Positions 37,230 through 48,532 of a stretch of 64,000 nt of DNA are shown here, piece after piece. Under the pieces are notes generated by a model. The model saw nothing but the letters and a program-made list of their open reading frames with translations. It made no database searches and had not been told where the DNA came from. Each line of letters begins with the position of its first letter. Position 1 is the stretch's first letter. This DNA comes from Squalus acanthias (taxonomy: Eukaryota): assembly GCA_030390025.1 (NCBI GenBank), contig JASTWF010000034.1:2046001-2110000 (forward strand), read 5' to 3'. Both the position numbers and the translations under genes were made by a program.

Positions 37230-37690
37230 TGTCAGCTGTGGCTCAGTAGGTAGCACACTCGCCTCTCAGTCAGAGGTTGTGGGTTGAAGTCCCACTCCAG
37301 AGACTTGAGCACCATAAATCTAGGCTGACTCTCCAGTGCAGTACTGAGGGAGTGCTGCACTGTTGGAGGTGCCGTCTTTCGGATGAGATGTTAAACTGCT
37401 CTCTCAGGTGGACGTAAAAGATCCCGTTGCACTAGTTCGATGAAGAGTAGTGAAGTTATCCCTGGTGTCCTGGCCAATAATTATCGCTCAATCAACATAA
37501 CAAAAACTATTAATCTGGGCATTATCACATTGCTGTTTGTGGGAGCTTGCTGTGCGCAAATTGGCTGCCGCGTTTCTCACCTGACAACAGTGACGTCACT
37601 CCAAAAGTATTCATTGGCTGTAAAACGCTTCGAGACGTCCGGTGGTCGTGAAAGACGCGATATAAATGTAAGTCTTTCTTTCTCTTTTAT
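37230..37690 (+). mobile_element. tRNA-derived SINE with a DeuSINE-like central domain and an L2-like tail
   Basis: A box tggctcagtagg, B-box-like ggttgaagtccc, core gccgtctttcggatgagatgttaaac, tail tataaatgtaagtctttctttc. Family assignment is from recall. Confidence 0.8.
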
Positions 37691-37704
37691 CTTAGACCTT
37701 ACAA

Positions 37705-37960
37705 TAGCAAAATACTGCTGATGCTGGAAATCTGAAATAACAGCAGAAAATGCTGGAAACACTCAGCAGGTCAGGCAGCATCCGTGGAGAGAGAAACAGA
37801 ATTAGCATTTCAGGTCTGGGACCCTTCGACATAAATGGAAAAATTTAGAGATGTAACAGATTATAAGCAGGTGTAGGGGCAGGTAAAGGCGGGGGGAGGA
37901 ATGATCAAAAGAGATGGTCTGTGATAGGGTGGAAGGCAGGAGAGGTTAAATGTTCCCAAT
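37705..37960 (-). mobile_element. Penelope-like terminal repeat fragment (family 1)
   Basis: gatgctggaaatctgaaataa..aaatgctggaaacactcagcaggtcaggcagcatc; related copies at 42860-42995 and 60165-60262; decayed hammerhead core. Confidence 0.6.
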
Positions 37961-37991
37961 GGGAATGGCAGAATCATTGGCTGTAAAACGC

Positions 37992-38927
37992 TTCTATAGG
38001 CCACCAACTAGTGGGAAGGAAATACAGGAGCAAATTTGCAGGGAAATTGCAGAGAGGTGGAAGAAATATAGAGTGGTAATAATGGGGGACTTCAGTTATC
38101 CTAATATAGACTGAGATAGTAATCGTATAAAGGGAAGGGAGGGGAAAGAATTTCCTTAGTGAGTTCAAGAGAACTTTCTTGATTGGTGCATTTCTGGCCC
38201 AAAGAGGAAGGAGGCATTGCTGGATCTGGTTCTGGGGAATGAGGTAGGTGACGTGGAGAAGATTTCAGTAAGGGAGCATTGAGGGAACGGTGATCGTAGT
38301 ATCATGAGGTTTATATTAGCTATGGAAAAGGACGAGGAGCAATCTAGAGTAAAAATACTTAATTGGGGGAGGGCCAATTTCAGTGGGTTGAGAACCGAGC
38401 CGGCTTGGGTAAAAGGAATCAAAGATTGGCAGGCAAAACTGTCATTGAACAATGGGCAGCCTTTAAAGAAGAGATGATTCAGGTACAATCGAGGTACTTT
38501 CCCACGAGGGGGAAAGGTAGGGCAACCAAAGCCAGAGCTCCCTGGATGACGGAAGAGATAGTGTAAGATAGAGAGTAAGAGGAAGCAGAGAAATGGGGCA
38601 TATGACAGATGTCAAGTTCAGAATACAAGTGAGAACCAGGCTGAATATAGAAAGTTCAGGGAGGAAGTGAAAAAGGAAATAAGAGGGGCAAAGAGAGAGT
38701 ATTAGAATAGATTGGCAGCTAACATAAAATGGAACCCAAAAGTCTTCTTTTGGCATATAAATACTAAACGGGCAGTAAGAGGAGGGGTGGGGCCGATTAA
38801 GGGCCACAAAGGAGATCTACGAATGGAGGCAGAGGGCATGGCTGAGATAGTAAATGAATACTTTGCATTTATCTTTAGCAAGGAAGAAGCTGCTGCCAAA
38901 GTCATAGTGAAAGAGGAGGTAGTTGAG
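37992..38927 (+). mobile_element. CR1 ORF2 fragment (endonuclease to linker)
   Basis: YRPPTSG, MGDF, LDLVLGN, PWMT, NPKVF, NEYFA. Confidence 0.85.
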
Positions 38928-39110
38928 TAAAGTGTTGTGGTGACAATGGTTCAATGAGTCTGTTTGTTCAATGACTGTAATTAATGCCAGTTACAGTGAG
39001 GCCTAATGATGTCACTCGGTGATTTCCCTCTGCTCTAAATAAGGAGCTCCCTTCACTGTGTGACCTCACACAGTCAGCGCGCTGCCCCCAGCACAAAGAC
39101 CACCAGACAC
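38928..39110 (+). promoter_or_regulatory. Putative promoter module of GPCR first exon B
   Basis: Paralogous to 25680-25930. Confidence 0.55.
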
Positions 39111-39120
39111 TCACAGAAGG

Positions 39121-39217
39121 GAAGGCATAGATTGGGGAGAAGTGTTTAGGATATTAGGAATATGTTATGATATACAAAATATGTACTATCCCCTCCTCAC
39201 TGCTGTCGGCGTTCCCA
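39121..39217 (+). pseudogene. GPR139-like: Second GPR139-like exon 1 (module B); probable start codon reads ATA
   Basis: Frame EGIDWGEVFRILGICYDIQNMYYPLLTAVGVP; phase-1 donor CCC A|gtaag at 39217/39218; the only in-frame ATG seen is at 39181. Confidence 0.7.
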
Positions 39218-39251
39218 GTAAGGATCTATGTCCAGTTATTAATTCTAAGTA

Positions 39252-39488
39252 ATGGAGAGGCCCAGAGAAAGAGCTAGGGGCTTGAGCGACGAGGCTTTGG
39301 TGGCTCTGGTTGGCGCTGTGGAACGGCGATGGGCAGTGTTGTTCCCTGTGAGGCACAGGAGGCCATTGCCCCGGGAGTTTAGAAGGGTGTGGAGGGAGGT
39401 GGCTCAGCACATCTCCTCGAGGAGCCTGGTGCCCAGGACCCACACCCAATGTCGGAAGAAGTTCAACGAGCTCACTTGGGTGGTCAGG
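39252..39488 (+). CDS. Harbinger Myb/SANT-like DNA-binding protein, exon 1
   Basis: MERPRERARGLSDEAL..W.EVA..QCRKKFNEL; donor agg|gtgagt at 39488/39489. Confidence 0.8.
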
Positions 39489-39650
39489 GTGAGTACCTGC
39501 TTTTCCAAACCTCTACATCCCTCCATCTCAACTTCACTCTTTGCCCAGAGGATTTACAAACCCAAATGCCCAACACTCATTCAAACCTCTGGCCATTTCA
39601 TAAAACACACATCCACATCCCACACCTTGCACACATTAACTGCTATTCAA

Positions 39651-39998
39651 CAAGATACACTACAGCAACTCACCAAGGCTTCTTCGGCAGCACCTCCCAA
39701 ACCAGCGACCTCTTCCACCTGGAAGGACAAGGGCAGGCGCATGGGAACATCACCACCTTCAAGTTCCCCTCCAAGTCACACACCATCCTGACTTGGAAGT
39801 ATATTGCCGATCCTTCATCATCGCTGGGTCAAAATCCTGTAACTCCCTACTTAACAGCAATGTGGGCGTACCTTCACCACACGGACTGCAGCGGTTCAAG
39901 AAGGCAGCTCACCACCACCTTCTCAAGGGCAACTAGGGATGGGCAATAAATGCTAGCCATGCCAGCGAAGCCCACATCCCATAAACAAATAAAAATAT
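39651..39998 (+). mobile_element. LINE 3' end with A-rich tail inserted in the Harbinger intron
   Basis: Ends cccacatcccataaacaaataaaaata; same family at about 46865-47050 (+) and 60940-61462 (-). Confidence 0.75.
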
Positions 39999-41245
39999 AC
40001 TATGGGAGGCACATCTGCCAAACACATGGCTGCACATAATAACGGCTATTCAGCTGTGGGAGGCACATCTGCCAAACACATGGCTGCACACAGTAATGGC
40101 TATTCAACTATGATAGGCACATCTGCCAAATACATGGCTGCACACAGTAATGGCTATTCAACTATGATAGGCACATCTGCCAAACACATGTCTGCACACA
40201 GTAATGGCTATTCAACTATGATAGGCAACTCTGCCAAACACATGTCTGCACACAGTAATGGCTATTCAACTATAATAGGCACCTCAGCCAAACACATGTC
40301 TGAACACAGTAATGACTATTCAACTATGATAGGCACCTCAGCCAAACACATGTCTGCACACAGTAATGGCTATTCAACTATGATAGGCACCTCTGCCAAA
40401 TACATGGTTGCACACATTAATGGCTATTCAACTAAGATAGGCATATCTGCCAAACACATGGCTGCACACAGTAACGGCTATTCAACTAAGATAGGCACAT
40501 CTGCCAAACACATGGCTGCACACAGTAACGGCTATTCAACGATGATAGGCACATCTGCCAAACACATGGATGCACACAATAATGGATATTCAACTATGAT
40601 AGGCACATCTGCCAAATACATGGCTGCACACAGTAATGGCTATTCAACTATAATAGGCACATCTGCCAAACACATGGCTGCACACAGTAACGGCTATTCA
40701 ACTATGATAGGCACATCTGCCAAACACATGGATGCACACAATAATGGATATTCAACTATGATAGGCACATCTGCCAAATACATGGCTGCACACATTAATG
40801 GCTATTCAACTAAGATAGGCATATCTGCCAAACACATGGCTGCACACAGTAATGGCTATTCAACTATAATAGGCACATCTGCCAAACACATGGCTGCACA
40901 CAGTAATGGCTATTGAACTATGATAGGCACCTCTGCCAAACACATATCTGCACACAGTAATGGCTATTCAACTATGGTAGGCACCTCTGCCAAACACATG
41001 TCTGCACACAGTAATGGCTATTCAACTATGGTAGGCACCTCTGCCAAACACATGGCTGCACACAGTAATGGCTATTCAACTATGGTAGGCACCTCTGCCA
41101 AACACATGGCTGCACACAGTAATGGCTATTCAACTATGGTAGGCACCTCTGCCAAACACATGGCTGCACACAGTAATGGCTATTCAACTATGGTAGGCAC
41201 CTCTGCCAAACACATGTCTGCACACAGTAATGGCTATTCAACTAT
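39999..41245 (+). repeat. 54-bp tandem repeat, about 23 copies, inside the Harbinger element
   Basis: Unit actatgataggcacatctgccaaacacatggctgcacacagtaatggctattca. Confidence 0.95.
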
Positions 41246-41598
41246 TGTTGACAGTTTTCCCGCTCATCTCCATGTTGTGAGAACGAGTTTTGTTAGTTCA
41301 TGAATTGTTGGGTTTGTTTTAATTTGTTTGTCCTGAATAAATGACACAGAGTTGGTAACACAATTAATTTTTTTAATTGTTACTTAACATCTTTTCTGAT
41401 TTGACTCATTGCAGCTTTGTCCAGCAATAGGGGGTGCGGGATGCTTTCAATGATGTGCTTCTTCATCACAGAAACCATCTTCTCAGTAAGGGGTTAGAAT
41501 CGGTGTCTTATGAGCCGTTCACGGACGGCCCTTTCAGTGGCAACATTGTGCACCTCCCTCCCACGTTGGTGCTGCTGATCCTCCTCTTCATCCTCCTG

Positions 41599-42150
41599 CT
41601 ACTCATCCTCCTCCTCCTCTCCCTCTTCCTCCTCCTCAGGTGGTGCACCAATCCCTGGTGGCAATGGTTGGGTCCTCATGATTGCAATGTTATAAAGCAT
41701 GCAGCACACAACAATCAAGAGGGAGACTCGCTCGGGAGAGTATTGCAGGGCTCCTCCTGAGTGATCTAGAAAGCGGAACCGTTGTTTCAAGACACCAAAC
41801 GCCTGCTCTATCATGTTCCTGGTGGCGCTATGGCTCTCATTGTGTTGCAGTTCGACAGGGGTGTTGGGGTTATGGATCGGTGTCATCAGCCAGGTGCAGA
41901 GTGGATAACCCTTGTCTCCGAGGAGCCATCCACCAGGTTGACACGGTGGTTGGAAGATGTGTGCAACACCGGACTGGCGCAGAATAAAAGCATTGTGGCT
42001 GCTGCCAGGATAGCAGGCATTAACGGCGAGTATGAGCTGTCTGTGGTCACACACCCTCTGGTCGCGTTTTCCACTCTCTCTCTCTCTGTGCCTCTGCTGC
42101 CTCGGAAGGTAAAGCTGGACGATGACGCCCCAAGTTAGTGCAGCCCCCAT
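41599..42150 (-). pseudogene. HARBI1-like DDE transposase, internally deleted
   Basis: YPGSSHNAFIL, LLGDKGYP, HSATRNMIEQAFGVLKQRFR, CCMLYN; the N-terminal catalytic Asp region is absent. Confidence 0.85.
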
Positions 42151-42859
42151 CGAAGCTTCTTAATATCGTTAGGAGGAAGGTGAAATAAAAATGAACCTCC
42201 AAATTGGTGCTCATGAGCCAAAACTCCTTCGGTGAGCGTCGAATCTCTCCAGACGTCTCTCAACCTGCATGTAACAAAAATTTTGCCGACAAGAAACGGC
42301 AGGAGGCAACCGCCTTTAAATAGCGCTCCCCCAGCCCCTTCCCGACTTGAAAACATTCCCCATCTACGTGTCGTTCCTAGCGGCAGGGGCTGAGGCAGGG
42401 CACACGACTCAATTTTCAGTCCGGGGCGCTACCAGGGCATTGCACGCTCGACTGATGTCACGATCGGTCGGCGCAGGAGTTCGTGGCGGCAGTGTTTAGT
42501 GCCAGCGCAAAACGACTGGTCAATTTCATGAGCGGCGCTAAAATAGCAGCGCTTGGGCGCTAAGCTCCTATCGCCCCGTTACCCCTCCCCCCCGAAGGTG
42601 CACAGGGGAGGTGCAAACCAACCGACTTTTCCCCCCATAATTATCTGTGTTTCTCTCTCTGTCGTTCCCCATCCCATCCTCGCTGCTGTCAGCTATTGAT
42701 TCTGAAGGTGAATTCGTGTTACCAAGATTAAAATGTTCAACTCAAGTAAATTTATTGGTGGTGACTCTTTATTGAACGAATTTCAGTCTGCTACCGACAC
42801 TGAACATTAGTATCAGGTCAGAAGAATGCTGTCTTGGTTTAGGAGACTTTTCACCTAAT

Positions 42860-42995
42860 GGCGAAAGGCTATCGACCTGAAACGTTAACTCTGTTTCTCT
42901 CTCTCTCCACAGATGCTGCCTGACCCGCTGAGTATTTCCAACATTTTCTGTTTTCATTTCAGATTTCCAGTATCTGCAGTATTTTGTGTTTCTTT
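42860..42995 (+). mobile_element. Penelope-like terminal repeat fragment (family 1)
   Basis: gacctgaaacgttaactctgtttctc..cagatgctgcctgacccgctgagtatttcc; reverse complement of the 37705 copy. Confidence 0.6.
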
Positions 42996-44310
42996 TCACC
43001 TAATGCTTGGTATGGTTACTTACATAGTCACAGGAACAAATCCTGGCAGATCACATCCACATCTTTAAATGTCTGATATATCCGCTAATCATTCAGTTCC
43101 AGTCAGTGTCTCCTTTCCCACCCTCTCCAGTTCTGCATTATTGGCACTGCTTCTGATGGTTAAAGTAGGATTACAAGGATAATTTACATTCTCACAAAAC
43201 GTTCATTCAGCCAGATTTCAATACATTTCTTTCTGATCATTGTTTTGAATTTACAATTGGATGCCATGTCCGTCTGTCACAGTTCAGTGGATCTGTCAGT
43301 GAGACCCAGAGTGATTCTCTATTGCCTCCTGCTGCACTTCAGGATAAACAATCCCAGCTGATTGTAACTGAAGTACTGAGGATAAGAAAATCCTTTGCTA
43401 TCTTCTCGTCTAATATTATTTTCTGCACAAGTTGGAAACAACAGTTGAAAAGTTCAAGGATAAATCTCTTCCATTTGTTTTCAGATACATCACAACAGCA
43501 TTCGGCGGCACTTTGCCTGTGGGTTAAATTGTCTGATTTCGATGCTGATAAATGCATTGAGTGGGACATTACCTGGTCAATCATCACTATTTACTTTAAT
43601 TCAGAGTCCATTATTTGCAATGTTACTGGGCAAATCTTCCTTTCAATGAGCTAGACTTTGTGTATTTCAACAAAAATGCAGTAAACTCAATCTCCAAAGC
43701 ATATCTGATAGCCCAGTTATCTTTATAACTGCAGTGCACTTGTATTTATTATCTTAGCATTGTCGTATTACAGCCGTACATTTTACATACAATTGCCTGT
43801 AATTATTGCATGCCAAGGTTGCAGTTTCTGTATTGTGCTGTTGCATTCATTTTCACTTCTAAATAGAATGGATATTCTAACCAGGAGCAGGAATCCAAGC
43901 GGGATTTCTCCCTCCCTAACACAGGGGGACAGAAGCGAACTGCACCGCTCCAAATGCTGACTGATCCCGGGACACGAAGGCTTCCTGAGAGGGTCTGGTC
44001 CTTTGTGTCCCTGGTACCTCGGGCGGTGCTTTTGTCTGCTGCGCTAAATGTAGATCGATCATTTAATCTCTCCTTGATCAAACATCTGTTACTTTGATAT
44101 TGTATTTATTCCCATTTCATTTATTGATTCCACAATGTATTCCCGATTATTCTTACAATAAGCCCTGTGTTCAGCTCCACAGGTAATAGGATTAGATTAT
44201 ATCATTGAATGTCGGTAATGAGTTGCAGATTTCACCCTGAATTCCCTCAAACTGCTGCTTTTGCTCCCAGCCTGATGAATAATTTCCCTGTTTATTTCCC
44301 TTCCTCACAG

Positions 44311-45211
44311 TTAACTTAGTGACGATTGTGATCCTGTCTCGGGAAAGTGTGGACTCTCCAAATGTGTCACTCGCTACCTGGTGGCCATGGCAGCGGCGGA
44401 TCTACTGGTCGTTATCCTCGACCTGATATTGAGGCACATTCCCATTGTTTATTGGGAACAGTTTGATTTCGTGCGGTCCATCCCCGTGTGTAATATCCAC
44501 GCCGTCCTGCTGTTCGCAGCCACAGACTGTTCTGTCTGGTTCACCGTCACTTTCACCTTTGATCGATTTGTGGCCATTTGTTGCCAGAAGCTGAAAACTA
44601 AATATTGCACCGAGAAAACGGCGGCTGTGGTTCTGGGAACAGTGACTGTGCTGAGCGGTTTAAAGAACATCACCTGGTATTTTATGTTCACAGGTCAGTA
44701 TTGGTTTCTGAACGACCCCTGGTTTTGTGAGGTCACAGAGGATGTTCAGAATTCACGGGTCTGGGGAACAATCGAGCTCCTTCATTATATTCTCACCCCG
44801 TGTGTCCCATTTGTGGTGATTCTGCTGCTCAATGCTGTCACCGTCAGACACATTTTAGTGGCCAGCAGAGCCCGCAGGAGACTCCGGGGTCCCAGCAGTG
44901 GGGAGAGTCCCAGAGACCCAGAGATGGCGAGCCGCAGGAAATCCATCATTTTACTGCTTGTTATCTCCGGCAATTTCATCCTGTTATGGGCAATGTTTAT
45001 GGTGTATTCTATATGGAGCCGGATGTGGTATTTGTGGTATCGGTCTGTATTTCTACCGTATTATGTAATGGAACTGGGATTCATGCTGCAGCTGCTGAGT
45101 TGCTGCACAAACACTGGGATTTACGCTGTGACCCAGACTAAGTTCAGAGAGCAGGTGAAGAATGTGGGGAAATATCCCTTTACTCTGATTGTAAAATTCA
45201 TTAAATGCTGA
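44311..45211 (+). pseudogene. GPR139-like: GPR139-like class A GPCR exon 2 (end of TM1 to C-terminus) with a 1-nt deletion at 44340-44344 (pseudogene or assembly error)
   Basis: Acceptor ttcccttcctcacag|TT AAC; NLVTIVILSR then a -1 shift to GKCGLSKCVTRYLVAMAAADLLV; TM3 FTFDRFVAIC; TM7 LSCCTNTGIY; stop at 45209-45211. Confidence 0.88.
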
Positions 45212-45271
45212 GAAGAAACTGAGACTTTGCAGCCTGAGAGTTGACAGTTCCCTGGGCCTGATATTGTGGAG

Positions 45272-45955
45272 CCCCGCACAAAGATGGCGGCTCCGGGGCC
45301 CCGCCCAGAGATGGCGGCTCCGGGGCCCAGCACAAAGATGGCGGCTCTGGGGCTCCGCACAAATATGGCGGCACTGGGGCTGCGCACAAAATTGGCGGCT
45401 CTGGGGCCCTGCACAAAGATGGTGGCTCTGCAGCCCAGCACAAAGATGGCGGCTCTGGGACCCCGCCCAAAGATGGTGGCTCTGGGGTTCCGCACAAAGA
45501 TGGTGGCTCCGGGTCCACGCACAAAAAGGGGGTCACTGGGGACCCGCACAAAGATGGCAGCTCTGGGGCCCCGCTCAAAAATGGCGGCTCTGGATCCCCG
45601 CACAAAGATGGTGGCTCCGAGTCCACGCACAAAAATGGGGGCACTGGTGACCCGCACAAAGATGGCAGCTCTGGGGCCCCGCACAAAGATGGTGGCTCCG
45701 GGTCCACGCACAAAAATGGCGCCTCTGGCGCTCAGCAAAAAGATGGTGGCTCTGGAACCCTGCTCAAAGATGGCGGTACCCGCGCCCTGCACAAAGATGG
45801 CGTCTCTGGGGACCAGCACAAAAAGTAGTCTCTGGGCCACAGCACAAAGATGGCAGCACCCGCGCCCTGCACAAATATGGCGGCTCCGGCGCCCGACAGA
45901 AAGATGGCGGCACTGGGGTCCCGCACAAAGATGGCGGCTCTGGGGCCCCGCACAA
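45272..45955 (+). repeat. 27-bp GC-rich tandem repeat carrying YY1-consensus motifs, about 25 copies
   Basis: atggcgg at 45284, 45311 and 45338 (period 27); unit ccgcacaaagatggcggctctggggcc. Confidence 0.93.
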
Positions 45956-46504
45956 CGATTGCGGCAGTCACTCGGTGTCTTTCCCTGGCGGCTCGAGGCG
46001 TGTGTCCGGATGGCGGGAGCAATTGGAGTCCCGGTTACTGTGAGAGCGGGCGGCGAGGTGGAGCTGCCTGGCCCGGCACGGCCCACAGGACCCCGAGCAG
46101 CACAGCCCGGGGAGGAGATGGCCCGGCACCAGGACTTTATTAGTCATTATAACACTTTAAAATCATTACACCACTTTACAGATATTTTATAACCCTTTAT
46201 AAGTCATTATGACCATTAATAAAACATTATGACGCTTTTTCAATCATTATGACACATAATAAATCATTTTTATAACTAATTCTTGGGATGTGGGCACCGC
46301 TGACAAGGCCAGCATTTATTTCCCATCAGCAGGTGGTGGGGAGCCGCTTGAGACAAGTGAATGTCTTGCTGGGCCATTTCAGAGTCAACCACATTGCAGG
46401 GGGTCTGGATTTACATTTCAGCCAGACCAGGTAAGGACAGCAGATTTCTCTCCCGATAGGCCATTAGTGAACCAGGTGGAACTTTACGACAATCCGGTAC
46501 TTTC

Positions 46505-46696
46505 ATGATGTGGAGATGCCGGTGTTGGACTGGGGTGGACAAATGTGAGAAGTCGCACAATACCAGGTTATAGTCCAACAGATTTATTTGAAATCACAAG
46601 CTTTCGGAGCGCTGCTCCTTCGTCAGGTTTAGTGAAGAGATGCACATATTGTCAGAGAACACAGCCAGATGACTACAGTTAATCTTATCTTGTCTG
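46505..46696 (-). mobile_element. Penelope-like terminal fragment (family 2) with a possible 8-bp TSD
   Basis: ggagatgccggtgttggactgggg..ccaggttatagtccaacag; ctttcatg at 46500-46507 and 46697-46704. Confidence 0.65.
46594..46635 (-). ncRNA. Minimal hammerhead ribozyme motif
   Basis: Minus strand CUGACGA-A-GGAGC-AGC-GCUCC-GAAA-GCUU-GUGA. Confidence 0.65.
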
Positions 46697-47299
46697 CTTT
46701 CATGGTCACCCTTATTGACATAAGCTTTTCATTCCAGATTTGTTTAATTAATTGAATTTAAATTCCCCCAGCTTTTCGGATTTGAACACATGTATCTGGA
46801 TCATTTGTCCAGTCATCTGGTTTACTATTCCAGCAACATAACCACTATGCTACCTTACCCTTCAAATATATTGCCGTTCTTTCATCGTCACTGGGTCAAA
46901 AGCTTGAAAATCCTTCAGTAACAGTATTGTGGGAGCACCTTCACCACACGGACTGTAGCGGCTCAAGATGAAGGCCCACCATTTTCTCATGGGTAACTAG
47001 GGATGGGCAAGTGATACCAACCTTGACAGAGTCACGCCAAGCCTGATAACAAATACATAGAAATAATAATAGGATTAAAATCAATAATTTTATAATTCAT
47101 TGATTGAAACCAGATGAGGCCTGTGATCAGAGCGGGGCGTCAAGTACGCTAAACAAATTGTCAACACCACTTGGATCTCCAATTCTATCGTTGTATGATT
47201 GATACTACTCACACTTTCCCAATCACTACAAAAGGTGCTTAATAAAGGATCAGATATTACCAAAATTGAAGCCCATGGGATTAAAGTGGCAGTGACAAC

Positions 47300-48530
47300 A
47301 GTGAGTGGTGTGGGGTATATCAGTATGTAAGAGAGAATTACATTGAGGGGTTTATCAGAGTATAACAATGAGGTGTGCAGCATATCAGAGTGTTACAGTG
47401 AGGGGTGTGGTGTATATCAGAGTGTTACAGTGAGGGGTGTGGGGTATATCAGTGTGTTACAGTGAGGTGTGTGGGGTATATCAGAGTGTTACAGTGAGGG
47501 GTGTGGGGAATATCATAGTGTTACCGTGAGGGGTGTGGGGTATATCAGCATGTGCAGTGAGGGGTGTGGGGTACATCAGTGTTACAGTGAGGGGTGTGGG
47601 GTATATCAGTGTTACAGTGAGGGGTGTGGGGTATATCAGAGTATTACAGTGAGATGTGTGGGGTATATCACTGTTACAGTGAGTCATGTGGTGTTAATCA
47701 CAGTGTTACAGTGAGGGGTGTGGGGTATATCAGAGTGTTACAGTGAGGGGTGTGGGGTATATCAGAGTGTTACAGTGAGGGGTGTGGGGTTTATCAGCAT
47801 GTTGCAGTGAGGGGTGTGGGGAATATCATAGTGTTACCGTGAGGGGTGTGGTGTATATCCGTGTTGCAGTGAGGGGTGTGGGGTATATCAGAGTTACAGT
47901 GAGGTGTATGGTGTATATCACAGTGTTACAGTGAGGGGTGTGGGGTATATCAGAGAGTGTAACAGTGCGGGGGTTGGGGTATATCAGAGTATTACAGTGA
48001 GGGGTGTGGGGTTTATCAGCGTGTTGCAGTGAGGGGTGTGGGGTTTATCAGCATGTTGCAGTGAGGGGTGTGGGGTATATCATAGTGTTACCGTGAGGGG
48101 TGTGGGGTATATCACCATGTGCAGTGAGGTGTGGGGTATATCAGAGAGTTACAGTGAGGGGTGTTGGGTATATAGATATTTATAGTGAGGGGTGTGTGGG
48201 GTATATCAGAGTGTTGTAGTCAGGGAAGTGGGTTTACATCAAAGTGCTACAGTGAGAGGTGTGGGGTACATCACAGCAATACAATGAGCAGTGTTGGGTT
48301 AATTAACACAGTGTTACAGTGAGAGGTGTGGTGTATAACAGAGAGTGTTACAGCGAGGGGTATGGAGTATATCAGAGAGTGTTACAGTGAGGGGTGTGGC
48401 GTATATCAGAGAGTGTTACAGCGAGGGGTATGGAGTATATCAGAGAGTGTTACAGTGAGGGGTATGGCGTATATCAGAGAGTGTTACAGCGAGGGGTGTG
48501 GGGTAAAACGGTGTGTTACACTGAGAGGTT
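47300..48530 (+). repeat. 30-32-bp G-rich tandem repeat
   Basis: Unit cag(a)gtgttacagtgaggggtgtggggtatat. Confidence 0.92.
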
Positions 48531-48532
48531 TA

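Larger units (their letters stand above)
39252..42636. mobile_element. PIF/Harbinger DNA transposon remnant with convergent Myb/SANT and transposase genes; left end missing
   Basis: Myb/SANT exon on +, HARBI1-like transposase on -, terminus-like cgacttttcccccc at about 42623-42636. Confidence 0.85.

Noticed and set aside
37230..37310. tRNA gene
   Set aside because: A and B boxes run straight into a SINE body and tail; it is a SINE head.
37805..37835. Hammerhead ribozymes at about 37810 and 42865
   Set aside because: The CUGANGA box is mutated (AUGUCGA, AUGGCGA).
40002..41303. 18-aa repeat protein (MIGTSAKHMAAHSNGYST)
   Set aside because: By-product of a 54-bp array in a transposon intron; interrupted by a stop.
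44311..45211. True GPR139 orthologue
   Set aside because: Family-level similarity only; it looks like a member of a lineage-expanded GPR139/142-like group, and orthology needs a phylogeny.
45121..46192. 308-321 aa ORFs on both strands
   Set aside because: A GC-rich 27-bp repeat open in several frames; no coding evidence.
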